This document shows, piece by piece, positions 10,702-20,128 of a DNA stretch of 64,000 bases. Position 1 is the first letter of the stretch. Every line of letters starts with the position of its first letter. Made by a program: the position numbers and the translations under genes. A model generated the notes under the pieces. It did no database searches, was not told the DNA's origin, and worked only from the letters and a program-made list of their open reading frames with translations. Source of the DNA: a virus; the IMG/VR virus record IMGVR_UViG_3300024353_000005, positions 17,675 to 81,674 of that record. One strand, written 5' to 3'.

Positions 10702-11501
10702 TTTATATCCTTATTTCTAACTCGCAGATTTAACCGCCAAATTTCTTCCAATAAATATGGGCAATAACCTGCTTCCCTTGACCTGTAAATTAGTGCATTT
10801 AGGTCTTTTGGAAAGCAAACTCCACCAAATCCTAATTTACCATCTAAACCTGGCATTTTAATATTCGTTCCTATTCTTTTATCGTAACTTAAAACTTGCT
10901 CAATTATTTTATATTCTATTCCTAATCGCCTACAAATTTGATATAACTCGTTGGCGAGTGCTATCTGCCCAGCCAGCATTATATTAGAGGCATATTTAAC
11001 TATTTCAGCCTCGGCGAAAGTGACTCTGATAATTGGGATGTCTTTGAATACTTCACGATACATTTTTTCGAGTGTCTGAAAGATTTCATTTTTATCTGTG
11101 CCAATTACTATTCGTTTGGAATTGAGCATATCTTCATAGGCATATTTAGCCCTTAAAAACTCTGGGTTGTGTGCAAAATTAAATTGTGGAAATCTGCTAG
11201 CAAATCGTGTGGTCGTGCCTGGGACTACTGTACTCTTGATAACGATTATCTTATTGGATTTGGTTAATCTTTGTATTTGTATTAGGGAGTCTTTTATATC
11301 TCTTAGGCCAATTCTACCGCTTCTCAACATAGGCGTAGGAACTGCGATGAAAATAATCTGACAGTTATCCACCAATTCTTTGTCGGTAGATACTATTTCA
11401 TCCTTCTTATACTTGTCATAGTAATAGACCCTGTGTGCCTGTTCAAGCACTTTGCCTGTTGCCGAGCCTACTATGCCAGTTCCCCAGATACCTATGTTCA
11501 T
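10698..11501 (-). CDS. UDP-glucose/GDP-mannose dehydrogenase family
   Basis: GIWGTGIVG, AVPTP, KSTVVPGT, NPEFL, GFGGVCFPKD; likely start ATG 11501. Confidence 0.93.
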   Translation of the reverse strand: MNIGIWGTGIVGSATGKVLEQAHRVYYYDKYKKDEIVSTDKELVDNCQIIFIAVPTPMLRSGRIGLRDIKDSLIQIQRLTKSNKIIVIKSTVVPGTTTRFASRFPQFNFAHNPEFLRAKYAYEDMLNSKRIVIGTDKNEIFQTLEKMYREVFKDIPIIRVTFAEAEIVKYASNIMLAGQIALANELYQICRRLGIEYKIIEQVLSYDKRIGTNIKMPGLDGKLGFGGVCFPKDLNALIYRSREAGYCPYLLEEIWRLNLRVRNKDIK

Positions 11502-11779
11502 TTTACCACCCTTAAAGAATTTTGTGTAAAACAAATTGGACATATAGTATTACCACTTTCGTTATCTAAAAACCATTCAGTAAAATACTGCACTTTGCAG
11601 GCTAAACATTTAAAGAGTTTTCTATATCCTTTGCCAATTTGGAAAACTTTAATCATTTTATTCTCTTTAATGTTAGTTCGTGAATATCCTTAATAAATTT
11701 CTTGATTTGATATACCACATACTTTCGTTCATCCCATAATCTAAGTAAAAACCATTTTAAATAATAAATAAATTTCATT

Positions 11780-14700
11780 TTATCCTCCTAATCTAACCAA
11801 CCAACTTGTGTCCTTAAAAGTTTCTATTCTTTGTTTCCCAAATATCTCATCAACTGCTTTCGTAACATCTGGTAAATACCCGTAATCGTGTCCACCAATC
11901 ATTCCATTCGGCTTTATCTTTGGTAGCCAAGTTTCAATATCTTCTTTCACATTTTCATACTGGTGATTACCATCTATATAAACAAAATTAAAAGCCTTGT
12001 CCCCAGATTTTTTACTCTCTTTTGCACTCTCGCCTTTTATTTTTATTACATTATTAAATTTCTTCATTCTAATATCAAAAGCCTGTTCTATTAATTCCAT
12101 AGGATATTGTTGATAAAACGATTTATCATCCCCATCATAGTAATTCTTCCAAGGGTCAATAGCATAAACTCTTTTACATTTCTTGGCGAATAGTTCGGTA
12201 GACTCCCCTATGTAACTTCCAACCTCTACCATAACACATTCCTTCGGCAATCCGCTAATCAGTTCTTGTAATCCTTCTTTTCCTCCTACAAAGTTCCTCA
12301 CATACATCCCTTTTGGAATATCGCTTTCTTTTATTATTTTACTTTTTTCCACAGTCTTATCAGTAACCTCATAAAAATAAGTCAAATTATATGGGTTAAA
12401 TTGCGCTGTAGATTTATAACCAAAAGATGCTAAATAATTATCTATTCTTTGTTTCAAAATAGCCGATTTCGCTTCTATAAATAAGTATGGATGACATTTC
12501 TGCAAAGTCTTTTTAGCACCCTGTAATACATTATACTCATAATCTTCAACATCTATTTTGATAAGTGATATTTCCTCATCTTTCAATACTTCATCAAGGG
12601 TAATCATTTTTATAGAGTTTCCCTCTTTTATATAAGTCCTTCCATCATATTCTATTCCTGATCCACTTGGGGATTTTTCTAAATCACAAAAACCTGCTTT
12701 CGCTCCCACAGCATAAGGAAAAACTTTAATGTCCCTCAACTTATTCATTTTTATATGATTTTCTAATACTTTTCTAACCTTATCATATGGCTCAAAAGCA
12801 AAAATTTTAGAGTGTGGACAAAATAAACTAAAAAATATAGTATGATTTCCTATATTAGCCCCCACATCTACTATAACTTTATTTTTATCAAGCTTTAATT
12901 TTCTTGAGAACTCCAATAACTCCTCTTCATAGAAATTCCCATTCCACAAAAACCTCTGATTACTAACATCATTATTCGTAATAGATGTATCTATCCAAAT
13001 TACCTTGTTGTAATTCTTTAATAGAACTTCTCTTTTTTCAGCTAAGATTGCTTTCCATTTTCCATATTGCTCATTTTTAGTCAATATATTCGGCTTTGTT
13101 ATATGTCCACCATTTTCGTGTGCCTCTAAAATCTCTCGCATAAATTTATCTTTATCATCTGTCAATAAATCGCTGTTTACGGCCTCTCTCAAAGCACCAT
13201 AGCCTTTCGTGCAAAGTATATGAGTTCGGCAACCCAATATTTCCGCCAAATAAGGGGATACCCCAAATGTTTCTGGGAAATCGTTGACATAAAACATTCC
13301 TACCGAACTTGCTATCTCCCTTATTACATCTTCTAATGTAGAGAGACTCCCTAAAAATACTATCCCAGCTTCCTTTAATTTTTGCTCGTTCACCTTATCA
13401 TACCCAGGTGTGCAAACATATAACTTTGCACCTATAAATCGACCATCCTTTTTTAGTTCCGACCATAGTTTAATCGTGCTATCTAATCCTTTCACATTAG
13501 CACTTGCATAGATATATTTATTCTTATCTTTCTCTGCTTTGTAATTATAAATCCAATCTGGAAGCCACAATTTTATCGTTTCAATATTCTTAACATATTT
13601 TTCGAAGAGAGATTTCTGCCAATCTGATACTGTAATAAGAGTAGCGTTATCCTTATTTAAAGCCTCGAATAAATGCTTATGAGCAAGCGGTGGTGCATCG
13701 TGTGCCCATACAATAAGTCTTTTATATTTAATTGGAGGCAAACTGCTATATCTAAAAACTATCAGGGTATCGCACTCGTAATTATAACAGTTATTATAGT
13801 TTTTCCACAATATTCTATCATGCACCTTTGGTTTATCAGTTCTAGAGAAAGCCAGCACTTTCTTTTCTTTAGCAAGCTCGGTTAGTAAAAGTGATGCTTC
13901 TAATATTGAAGCCCCGACCCCTCTCTCTTTCCAAGTTCTTGAGGTAAATGGTGTCGTAACATCATCGTAAAAGATAATATCATATTTTATAGGTTTCTTC
14001 TCTTTATAGTTAATCACAGCAAACTTTTTATTTGTAGTATTGTATTCAACATATTTCTTTCTTAATTTCTTTGATACATTTTCGAGTAATTGCTTTTCCA
14101 TTCCACGATTTGTATCATCGATTAGTATAGGAACTTTGGTATTAAATAATTTGAGATTTTCATAAAAACCCTTTCTTCCTATATACCCAGGTGGGCCATC
14201 TACTAATATTATGTCATACTTGGTCGGAAGTTCCTTTTTTAATATATCCACATCATACCAGCCATTTTTTATAGATGCATAAATATATTTAGCCCTATTT
14301 GTAAGATTAAGCCACTCTTTATCATGCTCCACAGAATATACTTTGTAGTCCTTCGCCAAATCTATTGTGCTTTTCCCACTTCCAAGTTCTAGTATGGTGC
14401 TTCCTCTTGGGATATTCCTTCTTATCCAATTATACATTTCCTTATCCATAGACCACTCTGAAATTTTGTTCAGTGAAAATTCTCGATTCTTTATATTCTG
14501 CTCTTTAATAGATTTAGGAATTCCTGTCATAGAATCTATCCTATTACATACCCTAATCGACTCCGCATATTTTCCTACATAATAAAGAGCAATTGAATAC
14601 TCAAACAACATCAAATAACTGTAGATATTCTGCTCAACGAATAACACATCTAATTTGGGATATTTTATTCCGATTCCTATTCTGGAGAACTCGTATGCCA

Positions 14701-15541
14701 GTTGCCTCTGTCCAAGATTGCGATATAAAAGTGTCAGTTTAAAAATGGCTTCTGCTCTCGTTGGTCTGTAGTTATATGCCTTTAGATAACTGGTAATAGC
14801 TTTATTGTTATCTTTGAGTAATAAATAACAGTTGCCTATCTGATATAAACTGCGATAAACTTCCTCTTGCCAACCTCCGAAATTTACTCGTTTCCGATAA
14901 TATCTGATAGCCTGCTGGTATCTACCATCTTCCCGCAAAGATTGAGCCAAATAAAATGTATATCTCACCTTATTTTCTGGGTCTGTCTTTATAGCATTTT
15001 TCAAAATCTCAATATCCCTCTTTATCTTTGTGGAATAATTCATAGCTCGCTTCCCGTCGTGCAAATCCATAAATCTGATATTATTTAATTGTCCAACAGT
15101 TGCTTTATTAGTGGATAAGAAGTTGTGTATAATTCCCTTATACTTACATCCACAATCAGGCTTAAAAATCTTGGGGAAATGGTGCTGCAATGTTGGATAT
15201 TTTACGATACAGTTATAAATGTCTTTATCCAGTTTATCCTTATCAAAATCCTTATCAACTTCTAAAACTTGGTCGGCATCCATTACCAAGATATAATCTG
15301 CTTTGCCCTTTGCTTCCTCGATATAATAGTTTCTGGTTTCGCCAAATCCAGCCCAATCCTTTATGATTATTTCCCCTGGAATATCCTTGAGAACATCACG
15401 AATAATCTCCACAGTATTATCAGTAGATTTGGTATCCTCTATTATCACATAGGAGTCAATGATGCCCTTGACGGAATCGAGGCAACGTTTTATCACCCTC
15501 GATTCGTTTTTGACTATCATTGCTAATGCTAAAGTTTTCAT
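11780..15541 (-). CDS. Multidomain GT2-TPR-methyltransferase-GT-B-FkbM-methyltransferase protein
   Basis: MIVKNE..MDAD (GT2), TPR-like helices, ILELGSG..LVDGPPG (MTase), PETFG (GT4-like), VDVGANIG..KIDVE (FkbM), VEVGSYIG..YIDGNH..GGHDY (MTase). Confidence 0.85.
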   Translation of the reverse strand: MKTLALAMIVKNESRVIKRCLDSVKGIIDSYVIIEDTKSTDNTVEIIRDVLKDIPGEIIIKDWAGFGETRNYYIEEAKGKADYILVMDADQVLEVDKDFDKDKLDKDIYNCIVKYPTLQHHFPKIFKPDCGCKYKGIIHNFLSTNKATVGQLNNIRFMDLHDGKRAMNYSTKIKRDIEILKNAIKTDPENKVRYTFYLAQSLREDGRYQQAIRYYRKRVNFGGWQEEVYRSLYQIGNCYLLLKDNNKAITSYLKAYNYRPTRAEAIFKLTLLYRNLGQRQLAYEFSRIGIGIKYPKLDVLFVEQNIYSYLMLFEYSIALYYVGKYAESIRVCNRIDSMTGIPKSIKEQNIKNREFSLNKISEWSMDKEMYNWIRRNIPRGSTILELGSGKSTIDLAKDYKVYSVEHDKEWLNLTNRAKYIYASIKNGWYDVDILKKELPTKYDIILVDGPPGYIGRKGFYENLKLFNTKVPILIDDTNRGMEKQLLENVSKKLRKKYVEYNTTNKKFAVINYKEKKPIKYDIIFYDDVTTPFTSRTWKERGVGASILEASLLLTELAKEKKVLAFSRTDKPKVHDRILWKNYNNCYNYECDTLIVFRYSSLPPIKYKRLIVWAHDAPPLAHKHLFEALNKDNATLITVSDWQKSLFEKYVKNIETIKLWLPDWIYNYKAEKDKNKYIYASANVKGLDSTIKLWSELKKDGRFIGAKLYVCTPGYDKVNEQKLKEAGIVFLGSLSTLEDVIREIASSVGMFYVNDFPETFGVSPYLAEILGCRTHILCTKGYGALREAVNSDLLTDDKDKFMREILEAHENGGHITKPNILTKNEQYGKWKAILAEKREVLLKNYNKVIWIDTSITNNDVSNQRFLWNGNFYEEELLEFSRKLKLDKNKVIVDVGANIGNHTIFFSLFCPHSKIFAFEPYDKVRKVLENHIKMNKLRDIKVFPYAVGAKAGFCDLEKSPSGSGIEYDGRTYIKEGNSIKMITLDEVLKDEEISLIKIDVEDYEYNVLQGAKKTLQKCHPYLFIEAKSAILKQRIDNYLASFGYKSTAQFNPYNLTYFYEVTDKTVEKSKIIKESDIPKGMYVRNFVGGKEGLQELISGLPKECVMVEVGSYIGESTELFAKKCKRVYAIDPWKNYYDGDDKSFYQQYPMELIEQAFDIRMKKFNNVIKIKGESAKESKKSGDKAFNFVYIDGNHQYENVKEDIETWLPKIKPNGMIGGHDYGYLPDVTKAVDEIFGKQRIETFKDTSWLVRLGG

Positions 15542-15709
15542 TATCTTTCTTTCCTAAATATTATTTCTTCTTGCCTTCTACAAATCTGCCAGTACTGGCC
15601 GAGTAAGCACTAATTGTGATTCTCTGTTTCCATTTAGGCCATCTTTGGACTATATCATAATCGTCAGAAACAGTTTTCCAAAAGGAACTATTATCCTTAT
15701 CTCGTCTTT

Positions 15710-16196
15710 TCATTTCACATCTCCCGATTCTTTTATTTTTTGGTCTTCATATCCCGCTAAAATTCTTCTTTCAATTTCTGTGGCACATTGTCTTAGTTCC
15801 CCACAATAATTTTTGTAATTATTATAGGAAGGTTTAACATACCTCTTACAAAAAGCATAAAGGATATAATTCAAATCTCCGTTGGCACAGACTCCCATTT
15901 CTCTCATTTTATTTATTACATTGTCCATCCGTTTTCTATTTTCTTGATGTATATAAGGCATCTTAATCCTCCAATTTATTTCTATGTATTAATTTCATAG
16001 TTCTTTCTGCATTTCCTATTCCTGCAAATTCTCCATCACAAAAATAAAACTCGATACCCTTTATCCCAGTTTCATGTTCCATCATTTTTTCTAATTCAGC
16101 TAATCTCCTATGATATTCTCCTTCAATTCTGCTATGTAATTTAGTGTATACTTTGAGTATTCGTAGTAATTTTCTGGTTATTTTAATTTTTTGCAT
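15710..16196 (-). other. Two hypothetical genes (15710-15961, 15963-16196)
   Basis: MPYI..GDLNY..YEDQKI..GDV is a typical phage hypothetical pattern. Confidence 0.6.
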
Positions 16197-16206
16197 CTAT
16201 TCCTCC

Positions 16207-17424
16207 TTAAATATCGGCTAAATCAACTGCATAACTAAAGGTTAAAATCCTCTCCTTTGAAACGCCCCAGACTAACTGAACTGGGTCTGCCCTCTTAGCC
16301 AGCGATTCGGCAAACTCGTCTGCACCGATAGGCGAACCGCCCCTGAACACTCTCGTTCCATTTGCATCGAAAATGCCAAAGTGGTGAAAGTGGCCATAGA
16401 CGATTGCATCGGCCTCGTGCATGCTCGCCCACCCACCAAATTTTGCTCTGCTAGCAGATGTATCAGATTGCTCTGGTGCAATGTGCCTGATATGGTATTT
16501 CCAACCCTGTATCTCAAAGTTAAGATAGTCAAGCGTGGAAAAATGAATCTCTACCTTTTTATTATTGGCATATGCTTGATATTTAAGGACAAGGTATATC
16601 ATTATATCCCAGTTGGAATTTGGGTCTTTATCCTTGCCAAGACGACCATGATTTCCCTTTACTCCGTAAAACTTGACATTTAGCTTCCTATCAAGAAGAG
16701 CCTGAATCAGCTTGGTAAATACTTCCACAACCAGCATTACTTGATAAGGTGGAGCGAGTTCCTGTTCATATGCCTGTGTTGCATATATATCTTCGCCATT
16801 AGCATTATCGCCAGTTGAGATAAGAACCACATCATTGATTTTAGTCCCTTTCTTAATATGGTTATCCAACAGCTTTAATATCTGGGCACAGAATTTGTCC
16901 ATTCTCCGCTTAAACACAGCCTCATTATAGACTATATTGCCCTGCTGGTCTTTAACTACCTTGCCAGCGTGCCAGTCAGATAAGTGGATTACTAATGTTT
17001 CCCCAGTAATATGAGAGTGAGTTTTGGCAGCCTGATATGGTTTAATATCCTTTGTAAGTTCCTGCAAGGACTCTACCAAAAGTTTAGAACGAGTTGTTGA
17101 GTCAATTATATTGTATTGCTTACATAAGCTCCTCACTTTATCCTCACTTATACCGAGTTTCTTAGCGACTACCGATTTAGTTTCATAAAGAGCAAGTAAT
17201 TTCAACAATTCTTTCTGTGTTACAGAAGAGTCTTCCTTAATGACCTCTGATTTGGTGATATATTTTTTATAGTTAAGCTCACCTTTTGCTCTTTGTTTGG
17301 CTGCAATCCTCTCAACAGTCCTTTCGCTGATACCGTATTTAATGGACAGTTGGGTAGTAGTCAGCCCTTTATTGTAATCCTTATTAAACTGAACTAAATT
17401 AGTTTTATTTTTCATTTTAATCAT
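16207..17424 (-). CDS. Calcineurin-like metallophosphoesterase with N-terminal HTH domains
   Basis: SDWHAG, STGD, KGNHG, GHFHH; YGISERTVER HTH. Confidence 0.85.
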   Translation of the reverse strand: MIKMKNKTNLVQFNKDYNKGLTTTQLSIKYGISERTVERIAAKQRAKGELNYKKYITKSEVIKEDSSVTQKELLKLLALYETKSVVAKKLGISEDKVRSLCKQYNIIDSTTRSKLLVESLQELTKDIKPYQAAKTHSHITGETLVIHLSDWHAGKVVKDQQGNIVYNEAVFKRRMDKFCAQILKLLDNHIKKGTKINDVVLISTGDNANGEDIYATQAYEQELAPPYQVMLVVEVFTKLIQALLDRKLNVKFYGVKGNHGRLGKDKDPNSNWDIMIYLVLKYQAYANNKKVEIHFSTLDYLNFEIQGWKYHIRHIAPEQSDTSASRAKFGGWASMHEADAIVYGHFHHFGIFDANGTRVFRGGSPIGADEFAESLAKRADPVQLVWGVSKERILTFSYAVDLADI

Positions 17425-17443
17425 CTCCTATTTTTAATAGTTT

Positions 17444-18340
17444 CTATTTCTCTATTTCAAAAATATACACTGGAACTTTGCTGCAAATACCAATAATTTC
17501 TCCTCGATTATTAAAAACCGCTCCTCCAGAATTACCAAAGGTAGTAAGAGCATCGATTCCAAAATAAGTAGAATCAATATCTGTGTTACTGACTATGCCT
17601 TTTGAGAGATTATATTTTCTTCCCAATGGATGCCCCAGAACATAAACTTCATCTCCCACTTTAGGATAAGTTTCAGCCAATTCTAATATCTCAAGTTCCA
17701 CTCCTTCATTTTTGTATATTCTCAATAATGCAAGATCTAAATCAGGATTGACAAATAAAAATTCGCCAGCCACCATAATAGAATTCTTTATTTGCACAGT
17801 TGTATTTACAACATCTTTTTGAGGAGCAAGCAGTTGTAGTGCTTCTTCCTCCAAAAATTGCTGCATCATTTCCAATTTAACAGCCAACCCCATATTCGAT
17901 TCAGGAACTAGACCTATGTGCTTTGAGGTTTTGTTCTTTTTATCACCAAGTAGATGTTGGACTGTCAAGATATAATAAAAATCCTCATCCTCTTTTATAC
18001 ATACTCCAGCAGCTACATATTTTTCATTATAAATGGTAACCGTTCCATTCATCATTCTTTCAAAATCTGGTTTTACCCACTTTTCAGAAAGAATACTAGC
18101 TCTTTTATATAAATCGGTAATAGCTCTGGCTTGGACATCCAAAATATCGGCAATCATTCGAATGGAAAGGTGCAATACAGTTTCATTTCTCTCTACTCTA
18201 TCTTCTGTTATCACAGATTTCTTAACTTCCACTATATGGATAAAAGCATTAGACAAAACAGCGATTACCAAGATTGTGTATAATATTCGTCTTAATGTCT
18301 TTCTCATTTTAATCAATCTCCCCTTTTGGAACAAATCCAT
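17444..18340 (-). CDS. Membrane-anchored trypsin-like serine protease
   Basis: N-terminal hydrophobic segment; triad LTVQHL, DLALL, GNSGG. Confidence 0.88.
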   Translation of the reverse strand: MDLFQKGRLIKMRKTLRRILYTILVIAVLSNAFIHIVEVKKSVITEDRVERNETVLHLSIRMIADILDVQARAITDLYKRASILSEKWVKPDFERMMNGTVTIYNEKYVAAGVCIKEDEDFYYILTVQHLLGDKKNKTSKHIGLVPESNMGLAVKLEMMQQFLEEEALQLLAPQKDVVNTTVQIKNSIMVAGEFLFVNPDLDLALLRIYKNEGVELEILELAETYPKVGDEVYVLGHPLGRKYNLSKGIVSNTDIDSTYFGIDALTTFGNSGGAVFNNRGEIIGICSKVPVYIFEIEK

Positions 18341-18851
18341 GATTGGAATTTGTATGCTTTTTGTATTTCATACTGCAAACTTTGCATTTCTCGTTCCTGC
18401 CTATCTTTCTTTCTGGTCTTTGATAAGGTTGTGCTTTTTCATCCAACATCAATCGCCCTTCCAAATGTCCGATTTCGTGCTGTGCCACTATCGCTTCCAT
18501 CCCACATAAAACATATTTCGCCCTGTCAAACCCATTCTCAATGGTTATCTGCTCGTATCTCTGGGTCGTTATCTCTTTTTTCTGGTCAGGCAAACTTAAA
18601 CATCCCTCTTTGTAGAATACTATTTCTCCATTATGCTCAACAATTTTGGGATTTACTAGGTCAAGCTTTTCCTTATTAGGAATACGAATGATAGCAACTT
18701 TAGCATCAATGCCGATTTGATTTGCTGATAAACCTATTCCATTTTTGTGCTGGGTTAATTCGGCTTCAAGTTTTGAAATGATTTCCTTTACCTGTTCCTG
18801 ACTAACATCTTTGCAAGGAACTCGTAATTGTTTAACATTAGTGACTATCAT
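18309..18851 (-). CDS. def: Peptide deformylase with SEC-C-like tail
   Basis: GIGLSANQIG, EGCLS, QHEIGH; C-terminal KIGRNEKC..KYKKH. Confidence 0.92.
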   Translation of the reverse strand: MIVTNVKQLRVPCKDVSQEQVKEIISKLEAELTQHKNGIGLSANQIGIDAKVAIIRIPNKEKLDLVNPKIVEHNGEIVFYKEGCLSLPDQKKEITTQRYEQITIENGFDRAKYVLCGMEAIVAQHEIGHLEGRLMLDEKAQPYQRPERKIGRNEKCKVCSMKYKKHTNSNHGFVPKGEID

Positions 18852-19420
18852 TTATTTTCCTTATAAGCTAATGATACGATTTTGAAAGGCTCAGAAACCC
18901 CACCACTAAAATAAGAAGCACATTTTAATGCCCTTTGAACTTTAACTTTAGCACAAATTTTCCAACCTTGTAACGCATATATGACTCCGAGAGCGTAGTC
19001 CTCTCCACAACCTGTTGCAATATAATCTGTTTCATCACATGCTACCTGAAAATCATTCTCAACAGTATATAAATTATCTTTATAGCCAATTATAAATGTT
19101 CCCCCTGTTTCCTGATTATTTTCAACTTTGGTATAGCCATTTTTCTTTAGGCACTTTTTAACAGCATCGATAAAATCTGTTACTAAATATTCGTAATCGC
19201 TTTTAGATGATTTTTGCTTCGGAATCTTTAACTTATATCTTAATAGTTGCCCCATTCTAAAAGAGGAAGTGAAACCAAATATCATATTCCCATTCTGAAA
19301 TACTTTTTCATCTTTCCTAATTCTGACATCTAAACCAGATACTCCAGCCGAGTCTCCACCGATGTAAAGTATTCCAGCCTCTCTATCATTATATCCGACT
19401 ATACAAGTGGTAGTTTTCAT
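18848..19420 (-). CDS. HslV/proteasome-beta-like Ntn hydrolase
   Basis: TTCIVG..GGDS, ATGCGEDYALG. Confidence 0.75.
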   Translation of the reverse strand: MKTTTCIVGYNDREAGILYIGGDSAGVSGLDVRIRKDEKVFQNGNMIFGFTSSFRMGQLLRYKLKIPKQKSSKSDYEYLVTDFIDAVKKCLKKNGYTKVENNQETGGTFIIGYKDNLYTVENDFQVACDETDYIATGCGEDYALGVIYALQGWKICAKVKVQRALKCASYFSGGVSEPFKIVSLAYKENK

Positions 19421-19746
19421 TTTATTCTTTTCCTAATGTTCTTATAAGGAGTTGGTTTATGACCAAGTATCCCACCAGTTTCTGTGTCTATCTTAATCCA
19501 ATATTTGGCTCTCGGATTAAAAACTTGAACTCTATTTTTAATATTCCTATTTCTCATTTTTATCATCCTTAATCTCTTTCGCCTCGAATAGAACCAAGTG
19601 CGCAATCTTATCTAATTTTTCAACTGCTTCAAGTATAATCTGTTTAAAGTGCTTATGAGATTCGTGCCTTAGTTCTATCTCCAAAAGCTCGACTTCCAGT
19701 TCTTTGAGTTCGAGATAGATTTTTCCGAGTCTGCGACAATCCGAGT

Positions 19747-20127
19747 TCATTTTATTTTCTCCCAATCTTTTCCATTCCAAATTTTATTATACTTCTCCTT
19801 CATCACAAACGCTAGCCAGAGTTGTTCAAATGATTTGAATTGTAACCAAGGTTTATCTTTTTCATTAAACAATGCTCCTACTCTATTATAAAAATGTAAC
19901 AGTAAATGCTGAACATCTTCTTTTGGTGCTACCATCTCCTGCAACTGGTCTTGGCGAGGGAGCCAGATTTCTTTATACTTATCATTCAAAAAGTATACAC
20001 AACTCTCGTCAAAATAAGTTACAGAAGTTTGAGAATAAGCAGTCATTGTTCTACATCTAAAAGGACATAAATTCTGTATCTCCTCCGCCTTCTCGCACAT
20101 CTTTATGTATTCTTTGGAAGTGTCCAT
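19747..20127 (-). CDS. Phage hypothetical protein
   Basis: MDTSKEYIKMCEKAEEIQ..WLPRQDQLQEM..EQLWLAFVMKEKY. Confidence 0.65.
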   Translation of the reverse strand: MDTSKEYIKMCEKAEEIQNLCPFRCRTMTAYSQTSVTYFDESCVYFLNDKYKEIWLPRQDQLQEMVAPKEDVQHLLLHFYNRVGALFNEKDKPWLQFKSFEQLWLAFVMKEKYNKIWNGKDWEKIK

Positions 20128-20128
20128 T

